Positions 35,275-50,300 of a DNA stretch of 64,000 nucleotides are shown one piece after another. Every line of letters starts with the position of its first letter. The first letter of the stretch is position 1. Origin of the DNA: Seison nebaliae. Lineage: Eukaryota. Location: assembly GCA_023231475.1 (NCBI GenBank), contig JALJEE010002185.1, positions 62,001 to 126,000 of the forward strand, given 5' to 3'. The notes under the pieces are model-generated. The model did no database searches and was not told the origin of the DNA. It saw only the letters and a program-made list of their open reading frames with translations. The translations under genes were made by a program, and so were the position numbers.

Positions 35275-37236
35275 TTAAACGGTATCTTCCATCGTTAGAA
35301 TGAGTGGATTGATATATTCGAAACCTTCGAATTCAGAATGATCATTAGCCGAACTATTCATTGCACTGCCTCCATTGATGGATGGTTGTGGTGTAAAACT
35401 GACAGGTTCGTTGGTGAATTGTGGATCAAAATGTTCGAGATCTCTCTCGTTTCTTATCAAAGGTTTATATGGCGGCTGTACCAGTCGTTTCTCCAATAGA
35501 TGCCAATCGATACTTTTGAAAAATCCGTTCATGTTAATATCAAGAAAACCACCTTCATTCCTACAACCTAAACGATCCTTCGGATTCTTATTGAGGAATC
35601 CCATCAATACTTTCCTCGCAGGTACTGATAAATTGCGAGGTATTCGTATCGGTCTCTCCAGAATAATTTGAAAGAGAGCATCTTCTGTATTGAGTTCAGG
35701 ATTGTCGATAGCACCAACAATTTCGAATGGTGAACGACCAGCCATCATCTCAAACATTAAAACTCCAAGTGCCCACCAATCGACCGAAAAACTATATTCT
35801 TCACCTCTCAACATTTCTGGCGCTATATAATTTGGTGTACCACAAAAAGTGGCAGTTCTATCTTCATTACTCAATCCTTCTTTACACATTCCATAATCTG
35901 TCAATTTGATATGACCATCACTATCCAAAAGTACGTTATCTAATTTCAGATCACGATAAATAATACCTTTCGAATGAAGGAAATGAAGAGCGAGTGAAAT
36001 TTCAGCTGAATAGAATCTTGCATGATCTTCAGGTAGACGTCTTTGTCTTTGCATATGATACATTAAGTCTCCACCATTAACAAATTCAATAACGAAAAAT
36101 AATCGAGTATCACTTTGGAAACAAGAATGAAGTCCAACTAAGAATGGATGATTAGTTGCACGTTCAAAAACATGTTTTTCTGTTTGAACCCAATCGATAT
36201 CTTCATCATCATGAACAGTTGATTTTTTTATAACTTTCATCGCATAAATTCTTCCAGTTCTCTTAAATTCTACTTGTAACACTTTCGCATACGATCCACG
36301 TCCAATCACTCGGAGAAGATTGAAATCTTTCAAACCAATTTTCGGTGTTCTCGTTCTCGGCAAATTTTCGGCATCCAATGAATCTTTTGTCGTCGAATCT
36401 TCTTCAGTTTTCGTTTTGGTTCTCTTAGTTCCTGTTGTACGGAAACTTCTCCTCATTCCACACGGCGTTTTCTCATTTCTCACTAATTGTTGTTTGTCAG
36501 TTGTCGTCGTTTCTTTCGTCTCCTGATCTTGAGATGGAACTTGTGATCTTGGCAAAGATTGTGTTCGTTTGATATTCAAATTCTCTTTCTGCGAATTGTA
36601 AAGATTGTGATGGGAGATTGCCAATAATGACGAACTATCACTACAAGCAATAACGACAAATTTATAACATTTTTTATGGACCATTAATTTACAAACGAGA
36701 CAACGAAATCCTTGTCTGCCTAAACCCCAAATCCTTTCAGCACAAACTGTACATCTTGTATTTCGAGAGAAGAGTTTCTGTTGATATTTATGTCCTTGAT
36801 ACAAATATATTTTCTTCCAACGACGTGCTCCCATTCGAGATATTCTCTCTTCATCGGGACATCGTTCTCCTGGAATTGCTCTCGTTTTAAATACATGTAA
36901 TTGTATTTCATTATCATGATTGACGTCATATAATCGATAGACTTCACCCAATTCTATATTACATTGTAAGAGACAAGGATCTCCTTCATCATCCATCCAT
37001 TTAATGGTAATCGGATCAGTTACATCTAAATGACAAATAATTTTTATTTGTTCTTGAAATTTTGAAAATTTGGAAAATTTCTGAAGATATGTCACAATAA
37101 TTTCACTATTATAAAAAATTCTGAATTTGATAGGTTCGTCCAATATCTCCAATTCTCCAATACTCTCATTTAGTCGATCGTAGAATGTCAATTCTTCTTT
37201 GATTCGCAAATTGTTGTTTTGTTCCACTTTCGACAT
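35275..37236 (-). CDS. aPKC: Atypical protein kinase C (iota/zeta type), intronless CDS
   Basis: PB1 (ITIKWMDDEGDPC), pseudosubstrate RMGARRWKK, single C1 domain, kinase GRGSYAKV/YRDLKLDN/TDYGMCKE/TFCGTPNY, hydrophobic motif FEGFEY, terminal EDTV. Confidence 0.97.
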   Translation of the reverse strand: MSKVEQNNNLRIKEELTFYDRLNESIGELEILDEPIKFRIFYNSEIIVTYLQKFSKFSKFQEQIKIICHLDVTDPITIKWMDDEGDPCLLQCNIELGEVYRLYDVNHDNEIQLHVFKTRAIPGERCPDEERISRMGARRWKKIYLYQGHKYQQKLFSRNTRCTVCAERIWGLGRQGFRCLVCKLMVHKKCYKFVVIACSDSSSLLAISHHNLYNSQKENLNIKRTQSLPRSQVPSQDQETKETTTTDKQQLVRNEKTPCGMRRSFRTTGTKRTKTKTEEDSTTKDSLDAENLPRTRTPKIGLKDFNLLRVIGRGSYAKVLQVEFKRTGRIYAMKVIKKSTVHDDEDIDWVQTEKHVFERATNHPFLVGLHSCFQSDTRLFFVIEFVNGGDLMYHMQRQRRLPEDHARFYSAEISLALHFLHSKGIIYRDLKLDNVLLDSDGHIKLTDYGMCKEGLSNEDRTATFCGTPNYIAPEMLRGEEYSFSVDWWALGVLMFEMMAGRSPFEIVGAIDNPELNTEDALFQIILERPIRIPRNLSVPARKVLMGFLNKNPKDRLGCRNEGGFLDINMNGFFKSIDWHLLEKRLVQPPYKPLIRNERDLEHFDPQFTNEPVSFTPQPSINGGSAMNSSANDHSEFEGFEYINPLILTMEDTV

Positions 37237-40200
37237 TGTGCAAATTATCGTTGATTAAAATTCCGAAAAACGTTTCGATTGATTTATGACGTACCACTAT
37301 CGTTAACTGGTGGAATTTGTTGTCAAGCTCAAAAGTAAAACAAATTAATCTTTTTAACGAAGCTTCAAATTTAAGAAAACTCCGAATTTCTTATATTCTC
37401 CAAATATTCTATAATCGAAAATTTTAATCATTTCACAATGGCTCACCTCATAAATTGTGTCTTCAAATTATATTTTATTGTTTTTAGTTTACAACATTCA
37501 AGATTAACAGGATTACCAGTTGATGGTAGAAGAATGAATGATTAATAAAAAATTGTACTTATATCTATAACAAAACTGACAATGATAAGGAGAATTGAAG
37601 AACCGTTCCAGATTCAAAGAGAAACATTGAAGTAAGTTCAATTTTTGAGAAATGGCAGTGTAATGTGACCATTAAACTTAAATAAATCATTAAATATCTT
37701 TGTGTACAATTCTTTTCCGTTTCCGAATGATAATTATTCGAGTTCTCTCTAAATGTCATATTTCTCCGATTGTTATGTAGTGGAAATGTTGAAGTTGGTG
37801 AGACGAGCACAGTTTTTGTTAAACATTAATTTAAGCTTTATCGCTTCATAGTGAATGCAGTCATATCAACATTACCCACAAAATGTTTATTATAAATAAA
37901 AATGATTATATATCTTCACATAAAAACCTTTTAAAACTCATTGACAGTCTATTGTGATAAATGTTGAGAATGTGAGTTGTTCTTTTATAATTGTGTTGAT
38001 GGGAAAATTAATTTGTTTCCAGTCATTAAGCTCAATAGACTTCCAATCAACAGAAAACAAATAAGTTATATGTACTAAAAACTACTATCTAAATCTCACT
38101 ACAATAGAAAAATGTATATACTACTGCCATTGAAGTTCAAGTAAATACAATATAAAATGCTGTTTTCTACATCTAATTTTGGAGAATGAAAGAATTTATA
38201 GAATATTCTCTACTTTACATGAATGTTATGATATTTGTTAATAACAATGTTTATCTATTCGTTCCGCATTTATTCGATTAGTGTATTGACCGACATAATT
38301 CCGTCGACTTCCTAACTTACAGTTATTAGATGCATTGGAAAGATTGAGGTGAAAGATGTTTTATTTCGGATCTTATTTCTAATATAATATCGAGTGGAAC
38401 TGTTGTAATTTCGATTCTAATGGAATATGAGACTAATTAAGATATTGGTGATAGGAAAGATATTTAGATATATATATTTATGTATAGTTATACCTATTAT
38501 ATAGTATATGTCTCTAACCAAACAACTGACTGTGAGTCGAATTATATTGAATGATAATAATGAAATATAATAATATGTAACTTATCGGTATGAATTGAAT
38601 AATAATTGTTTATCTACCGACAGCATTTGCAATAGAGTTGCTTTGAACAGAAATAAATTTCCTCTATGAAATTTTCTTTAAAAAACAACTTAATTTTTAT
38701 CCTTTTTCTTCCTTTTCTTCATCTTACTTTCCCAATATTTGTTTTTCAGAATTAATAGGTCCAAAATCGAAAGCAAAAGCATTTCCTAATTCGTCCATCA
38801 TTATTATTGGACATTTATCGGCAAATATTGAGAATAACATTTCTAACTAAATTAAATTTATGAAAATAAAATCTATCTGATGGAATGGAACTCCTTCTAA
38901 CTGGAGATAAAAATTGTAAGTTCAATAATTTCCAGGATTTTATGCGTTCATTTAGTAAGTCGCTGTTAAATAGGGAAACGGAAAAAAATTTAGCAGAATT
39001 TCCCAAATGCCAACTACTGTTAATTTGATAAAGAATTAAATATCAGGTTTCCAATCTCTCTAACTTATTATGTTTCATAAAGAAACATTATGTGAGACGA
39101 TGTAATCATAGAAATCATAATTATCAAAATCATAATCAAAACTGAAGAACTCTATAGTTTTTTTGGGGGGCATCCATAGTTGGAAATTATTCATAATTTT
39201 GCGTCATCCTAGATTTTTCAGTTTTTCTTATTCGTGTAAATATTCTCGATTAATTGTGTAGGTTTGTAATTATATAAATATTTGATATTTCCTATGGAAA
39301 TCTTTTACCTCCTAAAGTCGTTTTGGGACGAAATATTGGAAAGAAAACTTTTCTGAAAACTTCTTTTTAGAGATCTTCACTTTCTTCACATAATCTCGTT
39401 AGTGCACAGAAGAGTATGTGTTATTATGAGTGAGATGTGTCTCATTTAAGAGATAAAAGAATGAAAATTTTCATTTTTAATTTATTTGTTCTAGTGCTGT
39501 TACATAATTGCGTTGAAGACACATATCGATTATATCCATATGTATAATATTAGGGTATTATGATATCGATGATACTCATGGTAATTACACGAATAAGAGC
39601 AATGATAATAATCATCTTATTAAACACATCGACATATACATATCAATCACTTCAACAAGCATAATATTAACAAGTGAAATATTCAAAAAGAAAAAAATTA
39701 TTCATAAATTCCTTATACCAAATAAATACAAGTAATTGAGTACAATCTATAATAGAGATTCTATATCATCATCGAGTACTACGTGTATATATAAATATTT
39801 GCATGGACATATGTATTCTAATATCAAATTAATTATTTTGGTAATTTTCCATTTTTTCACATACACATTTTGTCCGATCAATGTTTCGATAAGGCACTAA
39901 TAGAAACTTCTCATTTAAGCAACCTCTACATTTAGTGAAGGTTGATATCCCGGAAGAACGTGCAATGGTTCTTCTAAGAACTTACAATTTTCTTTCAAAA
40001 CAGTTTGGTAAAGAATTACTAATTCAAAATCATTGTTTCAGAAGAATGCCTCTTCCCCGGTTCCAAAGATCACTTAAAGAAATGATGATATTGAATTGAT
40101 AATTCTCAATCATAAAAGTTCTTTATATCTGTCTCAATTTTAATAATTTCAGTCCTATGATAATTAAAACATAATACTTACAGCTCAATTATATTAATCA

Positions 40201-43200
40201 AATGTATACAACGAAAATAGTTAAAATAATGGTTAAGTAGATTTCATATTTACGTATCACCGAGAAGTAATGTTGCCTATTTAGAGATTTATTCACTTTT
40301 CATGTACTACAATCGAGTATCTAGCGTATAAGTTAATAATATACCTTATCTTCAACCCTTTAAAACACTGAACATCACATATTCATCTTTTCTGAATTTG
40401 ATATACACAACAATAACAATAACAAGACGAACAACAACAACAACACCATTATCATCATCAATTGGAGTTAGTTTTTTCTACGTATGTGCAAAAGCTGAGA
40501 ATTACCTCTTTTCAGATATTTATTCAAAAAAAGAAATTCATTCTTTATCAATGACAGATAGGGATGAATAATAATTTGAGACTTTCGAGTCCTCTGAAAA
40601 TCGAGATAACCGTATAAATATGTATAATTACGATCGTGAGAGTTAGGTTATTGGAAGTTGTGGAAAATGTCGAATTGATAAAAACGGAATTATCGACCTT
40701 ATTCAATTAAACGTTTTCCTTCTATTTTCCTCCATGTCTGTTCTCCAAAACGATTTTAGGAAATATTTGTTATCAATCTCCTATTTACTGTATATGGCTC
40801 ATATTTAGTATGTAAAATTATATAATTATGTACATAATATTCGTTACAGTTTTCATGTGGGATGTAAGGCAGCAATATATGTACATAGATGATGTATCAT
40901 ATACTCTTTACAATTGTATATACATTACATTGTTTGGTTAAATGTCTTCTACGTCGGAACATTGTTCATATAAACTTATTTTGTGACGGTCCAAACACCA
41001 AATACATACCATATTCTCCCTAAAATTCTACATTGACTTTCATACACGACTCCGTATTTGTTCGAATTGATAAGGGTATTAAATATTTATCTTCATATGT
41101 CCATCCATCACGTTCACTATCATCTCAATGTTTAATGTGTACTAGATTGAAAATAGTTGTGCCTTACTAACCATATTCTGGCACAGAACATACAATTTAT
41201 GACTGTTTTATAATAAATAACTTCAGTTCATAAATAAATGGAACATAATTCTATCATAGAACTTCTATGTCATGAAAGTACACCAATTATAATAGTTTCA
41301 TATGTTTCTGATAAGTTCCTAAAAAACAAATTGTAGAACTTCGTTAATTGTATCATATTCTAACATTGGTTTACTCTTCAATTTCAGATCTCCATTCTTT
41401 TCGTTCGATTTCTTTTCCGAACAATTGACAAAAGTTAGACTTCCTATTTTGCCATATAAATTTGGAACGTTATATGTTAGTTAGAAGTTTTTCCGATTTA
41501 ATGTTTGTTGAAAAGAAAAAATGAAAAGAAATTAATCATAATTTTTACTACCTATAATGTTACGTTCATTCTTATGATTTCAGTTAAAACAAATTTCTAT
41601 ATCGTATATCAAGATAAAATTTAGTAAACATCACTCCTTTTATGCCAAGTCAATTAGTCACCAATGTTTAACAAATTTCAGAAATTTTCGTTAGAGTTCA
41701 GTAGATTAAGTTTTAACTAAACTTTTTCTTTGTCATAAAAAATTATTATTATTTCGATTATGAGTTGCTCAATCAAAGATAATTTACCAACTTTTACGAA
41801 TAGAAAATAATAACACTATTTTAAATATATTAACTACAATTCTCTTCCGTCATTTTATGATTTGTTGTCATACATTTGGTATGCATGTAGTTAGAAAATG
41901 TAGTAGTACAACATATCTCATTCGATATCATTTTGGCTTATATTATGTACATTTAATTCGGATCGTATATATATGTGTACGTTTATTTATAGGTATATCA
42001 ATAGGATGTTTAAAGAAAGTAGAAAAACAAATATTATTTCATGTGGAATATGAACTATATGAGAAATTCGTATAATTCATATACTTTTTCATGTTCTCCC
42101 AACTAAGATTATTATGATGTTACTTACGATTTTTTGAGTACTTAAGGCATTAGAGGACGGTTTCGTACTATTTAAATTTTCTTATTTGCTTGCTTCCCTT
42201 TGATAAAGTTTCTGTCGAATCATACATTTATTCTTTCTACTCAATATTCCGAAAGTATCTATCTAATTTCACTGTTTTGCAGCAATAAACCGACTCCTAC
42301 AACTCCTTACAGTAGCAAGATTTATTAGTTATCATGTCTATTATTATTTTTATCTATCCTATATGTAAACAATTTTCAAAGTTTTTACGCGTTCAAAGAA
42401 ATTTATAATGTTACAATTAACGAAACTCGACCGTCATGTTCGATACACGCGAAATTTCCATAATTTTCCACTACAAATATTTTCTTTATGTAGATTAGTT
42501 TTTTGGATACTCTAATTTCTTATAATAATACTTTTCATATTGGTTTTTGTCACTGTTTCTATAGTTTTTTTTCGATAACACAATATTTTGATGAAAGAAG
42601 TAGGAATAAGTTTAATCTCAAATCCTTATCTACTATACACTAAATATATCCATGTATTTTTTAATTTTTCGTTTACATATATCTTCGAATTGGTTCATCT
42701 TATATCGACAATTCTCAAGGAAACTTTCAATTGCACTTAAATTTTTCATTTCAAAATTTATAGTAATTCTCATATATTTCCCTATGAGGTTTTCATTATA
42801 TTACATTTCATGTCATTTTCCCCTTATATTAATATTAACACATAATACGTAACATAATAGAATCTATATTTTAGATCATCTCATTCGTATATCACAACAT
42901 TAGTAAGCATTCACGGATGTTGTTCGTAATTGCAATTTATTTTATTTACTGCCTAACACTTTATGTCATGCTTAAAACTATATATATAGAACCCAAAATA
43001 CCAATACAAAGAGACCCAAATTGGTAGTTATCTCCTTTTTTCAGCTGTTCTATAATAATGGTGTGAACAATTCGAAACCAACAATTTTTGTAATTGTTAG
43101 ACTAACATATAATATATTTGATACACATAGGAATTGGGAAATACATTTCTTATAAAATTAATAAATTATAAGATATGACATGTATTCCTAAATCGACTGT

Positions 43201-46200
43201 ACTTATACAAATTGATTATTTATTTTTAAGAATTTTATCAATATGAAAATAATTAGAAGGTAATAAAATATATATAGTTATAATATAAATTTAACTAACT
43301 ATTATGCGACGTAAGTTAATGTTTGTGACGGTCAAATTATAATGAATATAAATGACGTTTTATAATAATATCGTAAACAAAGTAAGAAGTTTATCATCAA
43401 CATAACACGTTTCATGTTTAGGTAGTATACAACGACATCAATCTTATAATAAAACTAATACTGTAATACTTAATTTCAATAAACGTGTTTAAGCCCGGAA
43501 AGGTAAACATTATTCCATTATTATAGAACAAAATAGAATTATTTCCATAATCTTCTACCATCGTTCAATTTGGCATATGTAATATAAAGTGAGTTCCTGC
43601 ATCAATTAGCTACAACTTTGTAGTATGATGTATAAAGAAAATTTTTTTAATGTGGTTAATCTTCTACTTTTACTTTACAATTTATTTTACAATTTACCGT
43701 TTTATAGTTTTTAGCGAAAAATAATTTGGTAATATTTCAATTTATCACTATGATACTTACGAAGTGAATGGGAATCCTAACACAAATTTAAAACAAAGCT
43801 TATGTATTACGAAATCATTTTAGCCATGATTTATACACTTTATACTTTTCAAATTAAGTTTTGTATTAATTATTAATACGGAATAATAAATTAAATACAA
43901 TGATGTTTTCTTAATTGACCAAATTCGTCAACGAATTTAAACTTCCCATTTAAATGATAAAGTACTTCGACAGTTTGGTAGAATAGAATGTGTTAATAAT
44001 AAATAAATAAGTTGTCATACATTAGGTAAACCAAGATGATCCTTCTTAAATATTGAAATAAATTTTAATTGAAATGACACTAAATAGAAAGATTATAAGG
44101 GAAAATAATGGATAAATTATAAAAAAATATTATTCTTAATATTTACTTTACCAAACTGATATTATGTATATAAATATGTGCAATGAATAAAAATATTTCG
44201 CCATCAGTTAAGATTTCATCAGGTGGTTTCTGACCTGCATGCATAGATATATTTATGTTGGCTACGTGTTCATTACTCGATTAATGCAGTAAGGCATTAA
44301 ATCAACAGTAATGATTGATAATGCACATGGTGGTATGTTAGAAAATTCTGTTAGAAAAATTAGAAAATTATCATAATATGGAACATATTTTATAGTAATT
44401 CATTTTCGAAATAGAATTAATTGTCTCATCTCAATTTGTACATTTGGAAAAGAAATTTGCAAATTACATTCATTTCAGTGATGAACTATTTTATAATCAT
44501 CCGAACTTTGATGCAGTGTAAAACAAATTGTTCATTTTATCGTGAGCGAAAGTGCATATCGCGAGATCCAGAAATATTAGTAGTTGAAGATAAAATATTC
44601 TTGAGAAGAATTGATGAAGTTGATATCACGATGTGAAATAATTTAGAGCTTATTAATTGTTTTAATCAATGAATGAAATATATGTTCCAATGCTCTCTTA
44701 ACTGCTAAATTTATCAGAGTATGTTTTTATTCCAGATCAGCAACATTATTCGCACTACCCCCAAAAGAAAGATGTAAACGTTTAGTTAGATGGGTAATAA
44801 AGATAATAAACTAAAAATAATACTAATAGTATTATTGAAATCATAAAAAGAAAAATCTTGAAAAATAATTGTTTTTTAGAGAGAAAAATTGAAAAATAAG
44901 AAGTTTTCCAAATTTTTCTCTTTTCTTGATTAAAATCGAGGTTCAATAACGTTCTTATCATATAGTACTGAACTTCTTCCCATATATACGTATACTGCGT
45001 TCAGAAATTTTAAAAACTATCATAATACATGGTAAACCTGGCAAGCCTAATAATTTCTTCATAAATTTGAAAATCAACATAAATTAATTTATTTTTTATG
45101 AATGTAACAATTTCCTTTATAGGCTAAAACATATGTCATTCGATTAGGAAAAGAAAGAATCAGTTTTTGAATTAATTCTTTCGGTCTTGGAGTCTTGAAC
45201 AGTCGATGTTTTCTCCGTAAACCTGGCGACTCAACCAACCCTAGATCTCTTCTATGATTGTACATTTGCCCATCTCATAATCTTAATGCTCCTCACAAAT
45301 ATGCAAACTAATTATCGCTATTAGATTCTTTATTACTAAAAATTTTCTTCTGAGGAGTTAATGTTTGGTAAAAAAATCGTTCAATTCTCAATTTTTTGCA
45401 ACCATCAAAGAAGGATCAATCTTATTATGAAGTTAAAAAAGTTAGGAGTGCTTTAAGCTCGAACTTGCTTCGAATGGTTCATATTAGCTTCAAAATACAG
45501 AAAAATAAAAATATCTTTTTTCCGAAAGACTGTTAATAAGTAAATTTTTCTCCGAACTAAATTTGATTTATCATAGATTTTAATTGTTATCGAATAGAAA
45601 AAGATATGTATATATATCATGATTTCTTGTCCGGGATTAACTATGCCTTTTCCTTACAGGAAAATATATTAAGTTTGTGCATGAATTAAATGTAATTTCT
45701 GTTAATCTATGTAATTTTTAACTTTGTTATAAAGAATTTTAGCGAAAGTAATCAAATCGCTGACTTCTCATCCCCTGTAAAAAAAGTAGTGAAATGTTGA
45801 TTTCTTTAGCGCTCTAAATGCTCATTTCCGCTCCAACTTTTTGCACTATGGAAACTTCCTAACTCTGATTCGATATTTTTTCCATCCACTGAATTTACTG
45901 TAATACAACTAATTTTAAATGGGTGACGAATTTAGCAATTGGCCAAAAATATCTTAAAATTTACTTTCAAATTTGTTTCCGAATAACGAAGTCACCGAAA
46001 CATTCTAAAACCGATGACTTAATAACCATTTTATGGCTGACGTAAACACCAATGTTTACTTGAGAAATATTGGATTACTAAATTACCGGGTACGGAAAAT
46101 TCTATATAGGTTGATATACTTGAAAAAAGAAATAGCAACCAAATAATCTGATTCCGAAAACAGGATGAATGATAACAGTAGAGTAATAAAGTGAACCATG

Positions 46201-48118
46201 CCAAATAATTTGAGCAAGAAATTACAATATTTTGTTGACGACGAATGCTTTATTTTATATCTTACATATATGTCTAGATTTTCCATCCAGTAAACTCTCA
46301 AAAGTTTCAATACAAAATAATTTAACGAGATTGAAGAATAAGAGAAAAAATGCGAAATGGATTAACTAGAAACTTTAGTATTACTATTCTATCAACAAGT
46401 TTTATGGGTCGTTAACGTTCCCCATATTTTACATACGTAATCAGATAAAAAATAATTGTTAATATACTAATCGGGTTTTTATTTTCTTATATCTAGTCAC
46501 AATACATATACTGACAATTGAACGACGTATTGAATCGTTTTATAAGGAGAATTGTTTATAAGAAAGTAGGACGAATAAAATGTTAGATTTTAACATGTAC
46601 AAGGAATATTATTCGTTTGAAAACGAAATTAATGAATGTGAGATGTATTAATAATAGTAATAAGACGTATAATTAACCATATATCTACACATATCGTTAT
46701 TTACCAGTTGATATTTAGGATCTTCTATCTCCAGATAATCATGTACACGTTTTATATTCGACGTTAAATTCTATAGATAATATCATCTACATTTTATTTC
46801 TTTTTCAAACATCGACACATAGTATACGTACACATATTCTTATTCGAATTCGAAATAGTAGATTGAAGAGGATACAATTAAAATGGCAAAGAAATCTTTT
46901 ACAGTTATTTGCTTTAGTCACAGATGTTGAAATGTATAAAATTGGCTTCGAATGTATTAACAAATATCGAATAAGTAGTTGTATGTTTAGGATATACATT
47001 TTCATTTCGAAACATCAACATACAAATTTAATACATAGACGTCTGCACATACACATCTTTCAATTGATTCAGTTGATTGTTCACACTAATTTTCTAGAAA
47101 CTATTTATCTTCACTACCAATATCAAACTGCGTGTATAGTGCGTGTGTGCATATATTGATTGAAATGTTCAATAATATTTTATATAAATAATAATCAAAA
47201 AAAACCTCTTCCAATTTTATGTTATTATGCGTTTATGTTACACTAATACATACCTGACCAACAATAATTACAATACATCTACTTTTTCATGATATTTTAT
47301 TTATAGATTCTTTTTTTCATTCAACTGCTCACCTTTTTGTTGATTGCTTCTCATTCTTCATCATCAATACTATAACATCAAATTGAGAAACCTTTCCCAA
47401 AAATGATCATAATGCTTCGAAGCATTATCTTTTTATCCATCTACCTCAGTTAAATGGTGAATGACTTTTACGACTCTTACGATCTGTGAGAACTTTTCTT
47501 TCGTATATTATAATTGTAACATTTCCTGAAGTAACTTAGACTCTCAGACATTCAGTTGTAAGTTTATGGGAAGAAATTTTAAAGAAAAAAAAACAGTTAA
47601 ATATATCTATTTACATATAACAATAAATACATGGAAATATGCTAAATTGCTTTTTATTAGATTCTTTATGTCTTGATTAAATTTTCTTAGACAGTATAAA
47701 TTTCCTCCATTTTTTTTGTCGTTTCTCATCGAACTATTTATGTATGAGTATAAAAAACTATTCATCTATTTTTACCATCTTTAATTTATTTACAGCTTCG
47801 TACATGTACAGCTCTACATGATGAGGGAGTTCTCGATCAAATAATAAATGTGCACATACATTAAACTTTACTAAATATTTCCAAGTCTCTTTTATATTTG
47901 AAGAAAACAAACTTTGTTTTTTGTATATTGATCTCTTGAAATGGGGAATTTTGTTATGAATACTTATGTATCACCAAATTATGGGTCTGATTTATATCAA
48001 AATGAAAAAAAATTTTAATTTTTTTAAAATCCATTTTTATGATTAAATGTTACGTATAATTAATATTTGACGATTCGTTTTTTTCATAGATTTATTCTAC
48101 ATATTATCCTCTTTTAGG

Positions 48119-50300
48119 ATGACATCATTGAAAGAATATTTTGATAAGTACCAACGACGGAATTATGATAGTGACCAAATTATAAACCTTTTACACAGTT
48201 AACATTTCTTCCTTCTCTTCTCTCATCATCGTCTAATTTGCAGAAAATTGCGTCACATCTCTCTACGCCGTGAAGGGATTGATATTCGAAGAATGGGTGG
48301 AACTTTTCGATGAATACACTTGGATTGATCGTTTTGAACTGTTGAAACTGATCAAAGGTTATTTCGAAGAATGTCGTATCATTGATAATTGCACATTCTT
48401 CAAATATAATCAAATGTTGAATGTTGACGACGAACTTTATCGACAAGAAAAACGTTCGAGATATTCCTCAGACGATCATATCGATATTGAGAATCTGTTG
48501 AATGATCATAGTTTTGATATCGATCTAATCACAACACTTACTAAGAAGAAAAAAGAGGAAGAATTAGAAAATGGGAAAAATCAATATTTATGTTCTAATG
48601 ACAAATTCATTCTGAAATTACGTGATAAATGTTCCATCGATTTCATTAATAACGGTAAAATGATATCTGTAGATTTGATGCAATTCCCTTCCAATGGAAA
48701 GAATGGTCAATCGTCAAGTTTATATCAGAAATGGGAAGAATTTGATGAATTGAGATTAGCTCGTCATTTTCTTTCATCTTTCGACATGAGAATGTCAAAC
48801 GTAGCAAATACTAAAGCAGGAAGGAAATATTATTATGTTTGCAAGAAAAAGGATTGTCGTTTCAAAGCGAAAATTGAAGAAAGATTAGGCGATGGTGTCA
48901 ATATTCATACGGTAGTATTATATTATAGTGGAAGACATTTCGGACATGAGGTACATTCTACCGATCTTCAACGGACATTTCTCCAATGGTTATCAACCGA
49001 CAACAAAGAAGAATTCGAAAGGATATTACAACGAATTGGAATGAAAGAAATTTGTCGAGAGAAGATCGATGAAAATTCTCATAATACTTTATTTGATTGT
49101 TGCTATAATAATTGTACATGCCAAATAAGAGTTGACGGGAAGAAAGATGAAGAAACTGATTTATTTTATGTCTGGAAATCAATGAATCATCAACATTCGT
49201 TAATTGATTTATCTGATCGACTGATATCGTCAGATGTGATAGAATTAACGAAAAAATTAGTTCATCAAAAAGAGACGATATCGAATATCGTCATTGAATT
49301 GGAAAGATATTTACACCTTCCACATCTCTCTCATTTTCATATCATCAGTCTCATTGAACCGATAGCAGAATCGTTGAATCTTTATCAAGACTACGAAATT
49401 CAATTGAATCAATTGAAAAAATTATGTCATCCGGTTATTCGTCATACTGCAACTAACTCAATTCTATCACAAACATCATCATTCACTGGAACGATTTCTT
49501 CATCAATGTCGTCGATGGTCAGACCAAAAATTATATCGCCACCACGACATCGTTCCAGTAACGTACTTTATCAACTTCTCCACGAATTTCCCAATTATGA
49601 AGTAGCGAAACTTTATGCGACGGATGAATGTCATACCAAATTGTTTCACGTAACGAGACATCCAATAAATGGGAAGAAATGTTTCTTCCAATGTCGTCAT
49701 TTGAATTGTTCTTATCGATTGAAATTATTTGCTTTAGAGAATGGACGATTTGGAGTTGCAGAAAATGGAGAACATAATCATCCGTTAACTGATATCAATA
49801 TGAGGATAACTGAACCAAAAGTAAGAGAATCGATTATCGAATGGATGTCGAGTGGTTTCGGAATTTATGCTATTAAAAAGAAACTGATGGCATTATATGA
49901 TTTCCCCGAATTATCTCGTACACAAATCCGATCGATTATTGATACTTATCGGCAATATCGATACAAACCAAATGAACATCGTGACGATATTGTAATAAAT
50001 TCGATAGATAATAGATCGATTGCAAGTGCGGAAAGTAAATGTGATAATACACCTGATAATGATGTTCATGATATGCTCGGATTAGATACTGACATAGAAG
50101 AAGATGTTCTTATTAAGAATCAGAACTTAGATGGAGAAGAAGAAGAAGATGATGATGATGATGATGATAATCAAAGAAGAGAAAATGATGAAGAGGAAGA
50201 AGAAGATGATGATAGTGAAGATATGGAAATGATATCTCATCAGAATAATGTTATAAAAAAAGATGAAGTAATTTCATCCACTTTAATTTCATCTAATTAA
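48119..50300 (+). CDS. SAM-like domain plus three WRKY/GCM1(FAR1/MULE)-type C2H2 zinc fingers and an acidic tail; intron 48198-48243
   Basis: ATG at 48119 splices in frame (GTTAAC..TTGCAG, 46 nt) to ORF 48270. Fingers: YYVCKKKDCRFKAKI..GRHFGH, FDCCYNNCTCQIRV..MNHQH, FFQCRHLNCSYRLKL..GEHNH. Confidence 0.7.

Noticed and set aside
47246..47256. ATACATACCTG resembling a U1 snRNA 5' end
   Set aside because: No U1 stem-loops or Sm site follow; it is more simply a donor-like sequence on the minus strand or chance.
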